Shown here piece by piece: positions 13,126 to 25,709 of a stretch of DNA of 64,000 nt (the stretch's first letter is position 1; each line of letters opens with the position of its first letter). Position numbers and translations under genes: made by a program. Source of the DNA: Torpedo marmorata. Its lineage: Eukaryota. Under the pieces are notes generated by a model. The model worked only from the letters and a program-made list of their open reading frames with translations, was not told where the DNA came from and did not search any database. The stretch spans positions 44,330,001 to 44,394,000 of the forward strand of contig OZ360242.1 of NCBI GenBank assembly GCA_977017645.1, in the 5' to 3' direction.

Positions 13126-13583
13126 TCTCTCTGCACGGTTCCTGATCTGCTGAGTTTTTACAGCGTTCTCTATTTTTATTTCAGATTTCCACCATCTGCA
13201 GATTTTTGCTGGCATGGGGTTTTCAGATGTAAATGCACATGAAATTTAATTAATTCAACAGAGCTTTAAACCACTGATTAAGATCTGCTCCCATGTTTGG
13301 GACCTGCACTGGTCATTGGATTGTATATCGTGAAATATAGCACTCATTTGTTATGCAATTAAACAATAATGTCAGTCATTCCTTGTTCACTGATTGCTGT
13401 TAACGCATGTACCCAGTGGTCCCATTGTGTTGTGTGCGTACAATGCACAATTGTAGTTTAAATTCCGTTGCATATTACTTGAAAACCTCATACAACACAA
13501 TAGAATTTCCAGAATAGTGTCTTTGGAAATGAGAATAACGTTTATAAAAGCATTGAATGAACATTTAGAAATGAGCATCTTTT

Positions 13584-14921
13584 TTTAAAAATATTTTATT
13601 TAAAATTTTTAAATCACAAAATACATAAAATAAAATATGAAATTATCAAAATATTTGTGATACATTTTCACCCCCCCCTCCCTCCCTCCCCTCCCCAACC
13701 CTCCCAACCCCACTAATCTAATAAAAATAAAATAAAAATAGAAAAAGAAAAAGAAAAAAGAAGGAAAAAGATTGGCATTCTCCTTACCCTATCTAAAAAA
13801 CATACATCTATAAACTAATTCTATTATGGAGGTCAGGTATGCCAGTAGATCCGATACCCAGAGATATTCAAATCCTTAAACCAACAACTTTCATATATGG
13901 GCTCCAAATTTTTAAGAAAAAATGATATTTGTTACGTAAATTATAAGTAATTTTTTCAAGTGGTATACACGAACGAAGTTCTGCATGCCATCTTTCTAAT
14001 CCTAAATCTAAATCAGATTTCCAAGTAATAGCAATACATTTCTTTGAAACAGCTAAAGCAATTCGCAAAAATTCTATTTGATACATGTTTAATTTCATCT
14101 TGATACTAAATTTTCTAATATCTCAAAACAAAAATATCATAGGATTCATTTGAAATGTAATCTTAAATACTTTATCTAAGAATTTTTTAACTTTCAACCA
14201 AAAATCATAAACTTTTGGACAAAACCATGTAGAATGTACAAAAGACCCTTTCTCTTTATTACATCTAAAACATAAACCTGATAGTGTCGGATTAAATTTC
14301 TTTAGTTTTTTAGGTGTTAAATATAATTGATGAAAAAAATTGTATTGTACTAATCTATATCTAACATTAATAATCTTCGTCATACTTAATTTACATAATT
14401 CTTTCCAATAATTTTCATCTATTATTACATTCAAATCTAATTCCCATTTTAATCTTGATTTATAAATTCCTACTTTAGGAAATTTCCTCTGAAACAATTT
14501 ATACATTTGAGAAATAAATTTATTGACATCTCCTTTAGTAACTAATAATTCTAATTCATTCTGTCTTGGTAAAATCAAAGCATAACCTAATTTCTCAATC
14601 AGAAAAGTTCTAATTTGATAATAAGCAAAAAGTGTATTATCTAATATATTAAATTTATCTTTCATTCTTTGAAAAGTAATAAATTTCCCAGCTTCAAAAC
14701 AATCATTTATTTTCTTAATTCATTTTTGGAACCAAATTTTAAATAATTGATTATTAATAGTAAATGGAAGTCAATTTTGATATAAAGGCGTCCTTAAAGA
14801 AATCAATCCTTTTCCTCCTATTTCCTTATCCGTCTTATTCCATATTTCTAACAAATGTTTAAGAATAGGAGAATTTTTCTTTCTTGTTGATATTAATTTA
14901 GAATCCCATTTATAAATAACT
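13584..14921 (-). mobile_element. 5'-truncated L1 (related subfamily), frameshifted ORF2 C-terminus
   Basis: ORFs 14123-14665 and 13868-14098 align to the C-terminus of the 1261-aa ORF2; TSD AAATGAGCATCTTTT at 13569-13583 and 14922-14936. Confidence 0.93.
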
Positions 14922-15769
14922 AAATGAGCATCTTTTAAATTTTGCACCATTGGTGGCTTAACTATTTGTAGCAGTTAATGTCAGGAAACAGGTAATGCAA
15001 GGTGACTTTATTTGATGCTCTCTATGATGCTTTAACCTGACAGTGCAGTGGGTTTGAATGTTGTGCGACCTCTGGGTGCTGGGTATGGGGTTAACTTTCC
15101 CTATTGGGTTCTCAACCAATTGCTGCAAATTCACTTCACTGCCTGTAATCTTCTGAGATCAGGCGGTAAATCACAATCTCCATGTAGAGAACCGCTGGGA
15201 GATAAAGGCGGCCAAAACACAGTTTCAGAGACAACTAATTTGGTTTCAACTTCCAAGGTTAGAATGCCTGACGCCATCACAGTGTTTAATTTTACAGGAC
15301 TAACATCCAATGCCAACTGATGAAAAGAAAGGTCATCAAACAGTGTTTGCTTTGTTTATATGAACCATTATGCATTAGGATCAAGCTGTGAGAACATTAC
15401 AGATACATTTATCACATGTGGTTTATCATAAGATGGATGTTTATATAATTCTGGACCAGACATTTGTTTTATGTTTAAATTAAATAGGAAACTAAATTAT
15501 CATTACATTGTTTTGTTTGCTTCAGTATCATTTCCACTTCACAAAACTCCTGAATCGGGATGGTATCTTAACCTTGGTGTCCCAATCTACAGGGGTTTCT
15601 GAAAACTGCCCCCGAGTTATCAATGTCAGCCAAGCTGTCAAAGACTCACATGCATTTCCCCACAAGGGTGAAACAATCTGGATGATCTCATTCAGCACAT
15701 GGCCAGAGGCTTCGAAGCATTCTTGATGCAAATATGTGGCATGTGAAGGTGGGAGAGGTTTTGGGACTG

Positions 15770-17560
15770 AGTCAAGTCAAGTCACCTTTATTTGTCGTTC
15801 ATTACCATATACACAGTAAGACGAGATAGTGTTTCTCCAAGACCATGGCCAGATGTACATAAATATCATAATACAATAGAAAAAAAACTATAACATGCTG
15901 ATACACATATAATATCTGGGAATTGAGGAGCCTGATGGCTTGGGGGAAAAAAACTGTTGCACAGTCTGGACGTACGAGCCCGAGTGCTTCGGTACCTCCT
16001 TCCAGATGGCAAAGGGGAAAACAGTTTACCACAGGGGTGTGAGAAGTCCTTCACAATGTTTTTAGCCTTCCTCATGCATCGTGTGTTGTAGATGTCTGTC
16101 ATGGTGGGGAAAGAGACTCCAATAATTTTCTCTGCTGACCTCACTATCCTCTGCAGCGTCTTTCGGTCCGAGGTGGTACATTTACCAAACCAAGTGGTGA
16201 TGCAATTGCTCAGAATACTCTCAATGCATCCCCTGTAGAATGTAGTAAGGATAGGGGGTGGGAGATGAACTTTCCTCAGCCTTCGCAGGAAGTAAAGACG
16301 CTGCTGGGCTTTCTCGACTATGGAACTGGTGTTGAGAGACCAGCTGAGATTCTCTGCCAAGTGCACTCCAAGAAACTTGGTACTCTTTATGACCTCAACG
16401 GTAGAGCCGTCCATGGTCAAAGGAGAATGATGCCCCCGGGCCCTTCTGAAGTCGACAACTAACTCTTTTGTTTTGTTTACGTTCAGCTGCAGGTTGTTGG
16501 TTCCGCACCATTCCATTAGCGACTGCACTTCATCTCTGTATGCTAACTCATCGTTCTTACTGATAAGGCCCACCACGGTCGTATCATCAGCGAACTTGAA
16601 GATTGCGGATGGCATTGAAGATGGCGGCGCTGCCGGAGCCACTGTAGCGGCAGCGCTGCCGCTAGTGCGGACCCGCGAGGAGCGTGGGAGTGGAGATACA
16701 GCGCTCCCGCGGGGTCCAGCCGCCCAGTCGACTGCTGTCGGTTCCGCACGGGCTTTGAACGGCCCGTTAAAGGAGCCGACAGTGGTTTTATTTGAGATCC
16801 CGCGACGCGGGGTCTGCGCCCAAGATGGCAGCGCCTATTAATCGGCAGCAGCCACGAGGGGCTGCAGACTCCGGGGAAGCGGGGGATTGGAGCAGGGCAC
16901 CAGAGGACGGGAAGATCACCCCTGTCTGAAAAGGAGAAGCGGAGGAGACGACCCACGGGACGGTGAGCACAGCGGCGGACCGGTGAGGGGCTCTGAGGCT
17001 GAAGGACCAGTGCATGCAGCGGGCTGCTGGCGACTCGAGGCGAGGAACCCGCGGAGGCTGTGGGCTGCTGGAAACTGCTGGCGGGGGACTCACGACGGGC
17101 TGCGGACTGCTGGAGGTTGGCTAGAACTAGCTGGAGGAGTACCAGGTATTGGAACCGGGATGTGAGGGGGTGCCAAGGGCGACCTGACCATGTTGGAGGT
17201 TCAGATCTGGAGCTCGGGATGCCGATCGTTTGGACTGGACTCTGTGTGGCTGCGGAAGCGCTGGAGGTGAATCTATGGACACTCGGTGACTCTGGGGGGA
17301 CTCTCTTTTGCTTCTCTTTCTCTGACTGTAAGGAATGTTAGAGGCGCTTAGGCAATTTCTGCCGATGGTGAATCTGTCTGCCTTGCAGCAGGCAAAAAGA
17401 AATTTCGTGGTATATGACACTGTCTTATTGCTGTGACAATAAATTGAATCTTGAACTTTATGATGTGATTCGAGCTGTGTTTTGCTGCACAGTCATGAGT
17501 CAGCAGGGTGAACAGCAATGGACTAAGCACACAGCCCTGGGGAGTCCCCGTGCTCAATGT
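15770..17560 (-). mobile_element. Rex1/Babar-type LINE RT fragment, split by an insertion at 16600-17452
   Basis: STGTPQGCVLSPLLFTLLTHDC...IIKF (17460-17557) continues as KFADDTTVVGLI...KAQQRLYFLRRL (16599-15866); GACTT tail repeats. Confidence 0.9.
16600..17452 (+). mobile_element. GC-rich non-coding non-autonomous retroelement with Rex-type 3' tail
   Basis: Interrupts a LINE RT frame; TSD GAACTT(G/T)A at 16592-16599 and 17453-17460; homologous partial copies at 4855-5310 and 8064-9290. Confidence 0.8.
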
Positions 17561-17916
17561 AGTGTAATGAGTAATTCAGGGGATGGATCAAAATGGAGAT
17601 TGGTTCATAGTGTATGTATCAACTGAGGCTTAATGGTAGCATGGTCTGAGACATTTTACGACAAGAACTGAAGCAAAGGATCTGGACTACTATGTCAAAG
17701 AAATGCATAGGGAATGCTGCATTTTTGAAGTGTTATCTTTTGGATAAGAGTATAAGGGTGAGCCCTAAGAGATCACAGTCACAAACTGAGGAGTAGATGT
17801 ATACTTTCCAGTGCCTCAATCAAATTATCTCTCTCAATACTTTTCACGTTGTAACTTTTAATTTTCACAATGTCATGCAAAATGCAGTGGAAATTGACAT
17901 TATTTTTGAAAGGATA

Positions 17917-18148
17917 TTTTAAAATTAATTTTTAATTTAGACATACAGCACGGTAACAGGCCCTTTTGGCCCACGAGCCCGTGCCGCCCAATTGACCTAC
18001 AATACCCGGTACGTTTTTGAATGGTGGGAGGAAACCGGAGAACCTGGTGGAAACCCACGCAGACATGGGAGAACGTACAAACTCCTCACAGCGTCAGATT
18101 CGAACTCGGGTTGCTGGTGCTGTAATAGCGTTGCGCTAACCGTTACAC
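17917..18148 (-). mobile_element. HE1/V-SINE
   Basis: Same consensus, internally deleted. Confidence 0.85.
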
Positions 18149-18499
18149 AGTCCATCCTAAAACAATCCCTTTTGCATTGACTATAAGATATTAATTCAAT
18201 TGCAAATATTCGTCGTTTCGGCAATAGATTTAAAAATGATGATTTCACACAGTGGGTTGTATCAATGCACTGATCCCAAGGAACTGCAGCAGGAGCTACA
18301 GAAGTGTGAACATCAGAGAAATGTGGAAAAGGTAATAGGTCATTCAACCCATCGAGGCTATCCCATCATCCAAATGGATCATGGGGGTGTGGGGGACAGG
18401 GTAGCTCAGCAATTCCCCAAATCCATTTCATCGCCTTGGTTCCGTATTTCTGCTTCAGGCAGGAATCCCAGTGTTGATTTTATTTTTCCAATGAGAGGA

Positions 18500-19140
18500 C
18501 TGAAACATGAAAGTCTGCAGATGCTGTGATTGTAGTAAAACACACACAGAAATGCTGGAGGAACTCACCCAGTCTCACAGCATCCATAGGAGGTAAAGAT
18601 ATATTACCAATGTTTCGAGCCTGAGCCCTTCTTCAAGCTTTAAGCAAAAAACAGGAAGGTGTAAGAATAAAGACTGATGAATGGCAGGGGGAGGAGTCCA
18701 GACCAACAAAAGGTGTTAATTGGATATGATAAGAGGAAAGGTGAGAATAGATTTGGCTTTGTGAAAGGAGACAGAGGGAAAAGGGAAGAGAGAGCGAGAG
18801 AGAGAGCTGGTGGAAAGGCAACAGGGGGAAGAAGAATGGGGAGGGGGGGTGGTTTAACGGAAACAGGAGAAGTCGATGTTAATGCCATCCGGTTGGAGGG
18901 TGCCCAGATGGAAGATGAGTTGTTCGTTGAATTTGTGGATGGTCTCAGTCTGGCAGTGCATGAGACATGGACAGACATGTCAGCAAGGGAATGGGGCAGG
19001 GAATTGAAATGGGTGGCCTCTGGGAGAAGCACGCTATTGTGGCGGACAGAGCAAAGGTGCTCAACGAAGCGATCTCCCAGTCTGTGCCCAGTCTCTCTGA
19101 TGTTGAGGAGTCAACAGGAGCACCGGATGACCCCTGCAGA
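18500..19140 (-). mobile_element. Penelope-like element 3' fragment: GIY-YIG C-terminus remnant plus terminal repeat with hammerhead-like motif
   Basis: LPEATHFNSLPHSLADMSVH then, after a frameshift, a HLGTLQPDGINIDFS-like end; pyrimidine-rich spacer; TTGAAGAAGGGCTCAGGCTCGAAAC at about 18611-18636. Confidence 0.8.
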
Positions 19141-19449
19141 TTCACGTCAATTAATCTAGCCTTAACAGCTTGTGGGGAGAGTTTCAGATTTTTATCGCCC
19201 TATGTGTGAAGAAGTGAAAATGAATGAACCTCATTAAATAGTAAAGGAGAGTCTTGTGTGTTGAGGTCTTGGTCATGAGTGGCTCTGGATGACTGAGTCA
19301 GCACAGATATGTCCCTCACCGTGAATGCACATCGTGGCATGAGAATAAACATAAATAAAGATAAAAGACAAGACGCAAATCTTTTTTTTGTATTTTAAAA
19401 TATTGCAGTCAAAAACACAATATGACAGAAGGCATCTATATACAACAGC

Positions 19450-22400
19450 AGTTTTTTTTTGGTATGATACAGCATTTAATACAACTGTTGACAATCTGCA
19501 AAATCTTGTTCTGTCAAACAAAATCAGACTTCTTCACACCAGAAGGCAGCTAAGGCACAATTTCTGTGTTTCTTTTTCTCTCTGCTAATAGAAGGACAAT
19601 TGGGTGCAAAACAGCTAGTGCAATTACTTGCTAGATATAATTCTACATACAGGAAATTGTACTAGTTTTCAGAACTTTGATCAAAAGGTCAAATTAAAGA
19701 TATTTTAAACTCATAAAATATTTTATTACTTTAAATAAATAACAAAATATTAACATCTTTCACTGCACATTGGAAGTTGTCCTTTCATTGTATATACAGG
19801 TTCAGTTTATAAAATAATTCTTTACAGATATTTTTAATGCATATTTGGATCTTTAATAAAATAGCCATCATATTTTAAACTCCAATCGGTCATCTTTTTC
19901 TTTCAGAAGGAGGGTGTGATCACTAATTTATTAGGAGACCAGCGCTGATGATCTGACATCCACACATTTGTTGACATTTAACGAGTGTACCTTTATTAAC
20001 TCAAAGACCCTTTAATGTGGTCTTTGGGCAGGAATTGACCTAACCATGACTAACAAAGCTCATTGAACAAAATATGTGACAATTTACAAATATGGTGCAG
20101 TGAACAGCACCTGAATACTTGCTCTGTTATCAGAGACATCTGTACAGCATCTTGCAGTTTATTTGGCAAGTTAATCTTCAATTTTGATAAGAACTGACGA
20201 CAGGGAACAGTTTGCATAGATCATACATTCAGCTCAGGTGAAGCAGGCTCAGAAGATATTTCCAGTATTTATGTATCAGGTAAAATAAACTCCCATACAC
20301 ATACCCATGAGGTAGCACCCTGACAGCACCCCCTCGCTAAAGAAAGGAGAAAGGCATTGAGCTCAAAGCTTGATGACAAGAAATACACAGGCATCAGCAG
20401 CACACAGGCTCCGTAATGAACTGCTGGGGAACAATTCCTTAATTTCCTCCCCCGCCTCCCCCAAAGAAGACTTTGTTCACTCAGTTGTGAAATCTCGTCA
20501 ACGTTATGCTTTTAACTTGTACATTTGGATAGATTGAACAAATTGGCAAAGAATACCTGCTGTGTACATTTCAAAGGCTGAATCTTGAAACAGGAGCCTT
20601 GGGGAATACAGTCAGTTAGTTTGCATTCATAATGAATTTTGTAGTACACATGTAGTCGGCCACTGTTCAACCCGCTACGTTCTGAGAAATTTAATTTTTT
20701 AAGTACCGTATATACACGTGTAATAGTCGTATTTTGTGGACCAATTTTTTAGGGTAAAATTTAGGGGGTCGACTATTACATGCAAACTACTTTTGACTGC
20801 AGTAAGTACCTGCGTTGTTCAAGGCCTCGGGAACTCGGATGGGCGGGTGGCCGGCCAGGACCGGGTGGTAAGTCCGCGATCGGGGCATCGGGAGCTCGGA
20901 TGGGCGGGGTCTAGGTGAGAGTCCACGGGAGCTCAAATGGGCGAGTGCCCGAGGCAAGGATCCGCGGTCGGGGCGTCGGGAGCTTGGATGGGTGGCCGAA
21001 GTGAGGGTCTGTGGTTGGGGCGACGGGAGCTTCGGTCGGCAGGCGGGCAGGCAAGAGTCAGCGATCGGGGCGTCGGGACTCGGATGGGCGGGCGGCCGAG
21101 GTGAGGGTTCGTGGTCGGGTCGTTAGATGTGTGGGCAGCTGGGGCCAAGGCGAGAGTCCGCGGTCAGGGCATCACGAACTCGGGTGGGCCGGTGGCCGGG
21201 AGCTCCGGTGGCTGGGGCCAAAAATAGGGGGGGGGGGTCGACCTTTACACAGTATCGATTATTACACGCGTATACACGGTATTTCCCCTTTTAGTGACTG
21301 AAAGGCAGGGACAGCACACATAATATTGAAATAAATTGCTCACCAACGTTTTAAAATATATTGGCTCCAATTTCAGCCCTGCTACCATCAAACTATTCGA
21401 GCTACCATGTCTAACATTTACACATGGATTTTCTTCCCTTGTCAGCTGGAGTTACCACTGAGGATGCAAATAGGTAGAGAGCTCTGTGTGAATTTAATAC
21501 CACACAAGTAGAGGCAGGTATCATTTACCAAGTGCGGTCAAATCCATTGATGATTACATTGCCGAAAATGAGAAGAAGCCAGTTTTCTTAAAATCGGCTA
21601 TCTGAGAACTTCACAGATTCCAGAAATACAAAAGTATGAACTGGATGTGGCTGGAATAGGATCAGTGAGGGATACAATCTTGATCACTGGCTTCTACCGT
21701 CCCCATTAGCACCACAACCATCCTTTTGTCTAAACATTCAGCAAGTCCTGTTCAGATTCAGATTCTTGAACAAATTCGTGACTGAGGCTACCAGTTCAGC
21801 TGATTACTAATGTGTCAGGTGCTTTTATGGCATAGCGCAGAAAGACTGCTTCCGAAACCATCAATGAACCATTAACTTCGGCAATCTAATAATTACATTG
21901 CTGAGGATGGAAACTTGGAATAAACGGGTGAGAGATTTCCCGTTGACCGCGGGTGTTAAACGCATCCAAATGTACAAGACACTCATTTCTGCACAATTTT
22001 GTCGGAAATGGACAGGAATGTATGAGAAATAGTACACCCAGCAGCCAAAACTCACACATGAACTTGGTGCTTGAAAATAAAGGTGAATTTCTCCCCTAAA
22101 ATGTCTGAAGTGTACTTGATAAGAAGCAAGGTAAAAGAGGTTTCAGTTGACAGCTTACATAAATGCCACGTAGGAACCTTTTGCTTTCTCCCACTAACCC
22201 CCTGTGCCATAGTATCATTTTCCATTTTGACTTTAGAAATTCTTTATGTTAATTTTGTAGCAAAACTCCTTTTAGCAAGGAGAATGTGAGAATCAACATG
22301 AGGGTGAAACCCATGGTCTTTAGGGGCCAGATTGGCACAGTTGAATCTCAATTCTCTACATGTTAATATCAATATTGTATGTCTTACGAGTGGAGAATGC

Positions 22401-23849
22401 TGAGAAATTAAAGTGAGAAATAAGGTTATGTGAGGCCAAGCTTATGAAGAAAATCAAACTCTCAACCTCTTTGATGTTTAAGAATAATTGCTTTACAAAA
22501 AAATTGACAATAGATTAAGTTAAAATGGAGATGGGGGTCATTTGATATGTTGCCGGTGAGCTTAGTTATTCCACTAGAAATGTGGAAAAAAAAATTGTGC
22601 CAGACTGCCTATTGCTCGAAAGGTCACCCAGACAATAATAGTTCACTGACTTCAAACATGTGAATGTTCAAAAGACCAGGGATTTTCAGAATAATTGGTC
22701 ATTCCAGCTCATGATTTTAAAGAACTTCAATTTTGCAAACTATTCTTGGATGAGATAACATTTTAAAAGACACCCTAGCAATAATATAAAAGCAACTGTT
22801 CAGCCATGTGTTCACCTACTGAAGATGGAGTTCAGTTGTAGGTTAATTCTGCCTCAGCAGCTACTGCTAAGTTTGCACTAAAGTTGTAACTGAAAGGAAG
22901 CAAGGTACCATGTACAGCCCACAGCCTCTGTCGCACGAGTGTGATGACAAATGTCTGCACCTCCACCTACGGCTCCTGGATTAAAAAAAACACACATTTC
23001 TGGTGCTGCGCTCAATTAGCTTTTTTTTTTCATTGAAAGTGCAACGTCATTCATTGTTTTTTTGGAAAAACTTGTTAAAATTAGTAAGCTTTAAAAAAAA
23101 GCTATAACTTTATCAGGAATGTATGATGTAAATAATTTTTAAAAGAGTTGGCATATTGCTGACATGAAAAGTAGTGATGGTCCCAAAAACTCAATGATTC
23201 CTTTTGGGGTTGCTAACATACGATAGTGTCAACCTATAATGTTTTCTGAATCCAGTCCCTTGTCCTGGCTGCAGTATAATGCTCAGATCATCTGTAACAC
23301 ACCTGGAATACTCAGTGCTGAAAGCCCCATTTCAGCAGAGAGTGCTACAACCCAGTTTGGAGGGCAGGCTCTCACCTTTGCAATAGGTGCAGCAATTACC
23401 CTCCCATTCCAAAGAGTCTCGTTGACTGAAGCGTTAAGACCCCTACGGTTTTTAGGTCAGGTACAGGGAAAGAAAGTACGAAGTCAGGGCACAGGCCTTT
23501 GTCAATAAAGGCAGATTATTAGTCGGATATAGATATCAAGCTGCAAAAGCAGCATCTACTCATTAGTCACTGACTAAAATGTTAAATAAATAGAGTGCGA
23601 AAATTTCCTTCTATTCCTTTCGTACATGATAATACCGTCGTTTCTTTCATCGTGCCAGCGCAGCTAACACGGACTTCTTCTGTGTACACCATTGTCTTCA
23701 GCTTTAAATTCACTGCTCTAGCTTTGCCACAATTTGACGAAGACATCTTGGAATTGTTGCTAAGAACTAAGGGAGAGACCCAACTGCAGAAATTAATTCT
23801 GTTATCAGGCAATGTGTGTTCCTATGCTGACTTGGGGTTGCACCAGGTG
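19450..23849 (-). other. XYLT1: Probable long XYLT1 3' UTR
   Basis: About 4.4 kb downstream of the stop, nearly free of retroelements unlike the flanks. Candidate ATTAAA at 19475-19480 (minus). The 3' end is not proven. Confidence 0.5.
20706..21279. mobile_element. Non-autonomous Tc2/pogo-type element with GC-rich internal tandem repeats
   Basis: TIR CCGT(A/G)TATAC(A/G)CGTGTAATA(G/A)TCG, TA TSD, GGGGTCGAC subterminal motifs. Confidence 0.85.
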
Positions 23850-24172
23850 CTACCTCAAGCGGCCATTAGCTTTGACGGGACCCAGTTCCGATTTGGGGTC
23901 TGGACTCTGGGAGCTCCAGGTCGTCTGACTGCAGGTCTGTATCACCGGGCAAGAGGTGGCACCAATCGTACAAATGTCCACAGCTGACCACAAGCTGTTC
24001 ACCATGGGATCCACCCAGTTCTCCAGCTGTGAGCCAGTGAGAGCTGCATTGCGCTTGGCTTGATCCACTTGGCTTGGGGTGACGTGCATGTTCAGGGCGT
24101 TATTCAAGCCCTGGAAGCTCTGTTCCATGTAGGCATTCTTAGGTGGTCCACTGTGTAACCTAAGTGCTTCCT
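23850..24172 (-). CDS. XYLT1: XYLT1 exon 12 coding part (323 bp, with TAG stop)
   Basis: ttttgcag|AG GAA GCA; [21 protein letters not shown]...[17 protein letters not shown]. The overall residue pattern ([26 protein letters not shown]) matches XYLT1 rather than XYLT2. Confidence 0.96.
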
Positions 24173-25450
24173 CTGCAAAATAAGAAAAGAAACAAGCCCA
24201 TTGAAACATTTGCAAGCACTTGAAGGGAATTTCCATTGTACTTTGTAAAAACAGTCAGAAATATAATAGCTGTTAATTAAAGCACAAAACTTCACACCTT
24301 CAAAATTTAAAATCTGGCTGTCTGTAACTTACCGGTACTTCCTGAACTGTTGATTTGTTTTCATATGATTTGATGTTTGATGGATAAAATCAGCTGCCTT
24401 TTAAGAAAATGTTTTTACACCTGCATACAGACCATGAACTCATGCAATCTATTACTTTCAGCTCATCAGTTAATTTGAGGACTTGTGATTGTACAACAGA
24501 GGTTTGTCTACAATCAGCAAACGACAGGTTAGGAGTGAGTGCATAGAAATGGGCAGATGGAGTATAATGTGGGTAAATGCAAGGTTATCCACTTTGGTAG
24601 AAGAATAAAAAGTTAGCCATGACAGGATTAGCTTAGATTGGAATCATAATCGGTGCCGACTTGATGGGCCAAAGAGTCTGTTCCTGTGTTCTATTGTTCT
24701 GCCTAACATTTCATCTGAATGAAGGCCCCTCTGACTGGGTGTTGAGCTTAAAATTATTGAGCGCAAGAATCTGGAGTGCGACTTGAATCAACAAGCTCTG
24801 ATTCAGAAGTGAGGTGACAACAAAGTGAGACAAAGCTGAAACTGCTTGATTGTTGTTGCTTGTAATCAGCGTGTGGACTGCTGATTAATCTCTGCTAGTT
24901 GCTTGCTTTTGTAATCCACCTGCATTAATTGTCAAAGCTACATACATTAGATATTCATTATGCCTGAAAACTGAAGCCAGATAAATTGGTTCAGTAACAC
25001 TTCTGGTTCAAACTGACAACCCTTTAGTGCATAACGAATAATTGTGGAATCCTTTAACACTCACAGATGGCAGGAGAAATTATAAATAACACTTGAGAAA
25101 AACACTTGTGATGTTTCCATTCAATGATTCAACTGTTCAGATGGAACAAACAAAAAAAAAGATTATTTAAACAAACCACCCTGAGCCAAACCTGTTGTAC
25201 TTGGAGTGTCACCTGCTTCTCTTTAGCTTCTAGTACTTGAACATGAGCAACAAGATGAATAAGGTCTGGAGGTTAAGTAGCTGGATGTGTATCCAGAGGC
25301 CCAGGCCATTTGTCAGACATGAATTTAAAATAAAAAAGCTACTATCAATGATGGCAATCATAAACGACCAGAATGTTGTCTAAAGCCATGGAGAGAGATC
25401 TACCAGACCCACCAAAATGGTTGATTTTTAACAGCCGAGACGAAATATGA

Positions 25451-25709
25451 GACATGGTTAGCGTAGAGGTTAGCACAACGCTGTTACAGCGCCAGTGATA
25501 GGGACAGTGAATCCCGTGCTGCCTGTAAGGAGTTTGTTCGTTCTCCCCATGTCTGCGTGGGTTTCCTCTGGGGGCTCTGGTTTCCTCCCACCCCTTAAAA
25601 AATGTACCGGGGTTGTAGGTCAATTTGGTGTTATTGGGCGGCACGAGCTCGTGGGCTGAAATGGCCTGTTACCATGCTGTATGTCTACATTTTAAAAAAA
25701 AATTAAAAA
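25451..25709 (+). mobile_element. HE1/V-SINE
   Basis: Same consensus. Confidence 0.88.

Noticed and set aside
15866-16642. 258-aa ORF as an independent gene
   Set aside because: Chimeric frame: the start comes from the antisense of the inserted element and the rest is a Rex RT fragment.
23850-23900. XYLT2 assignment from the C-terminus [12 protein letters not shown]
   Set aside because: Exons 9-12 overall match XYLT1-type residues; the shared tail residues are probably ancestral.
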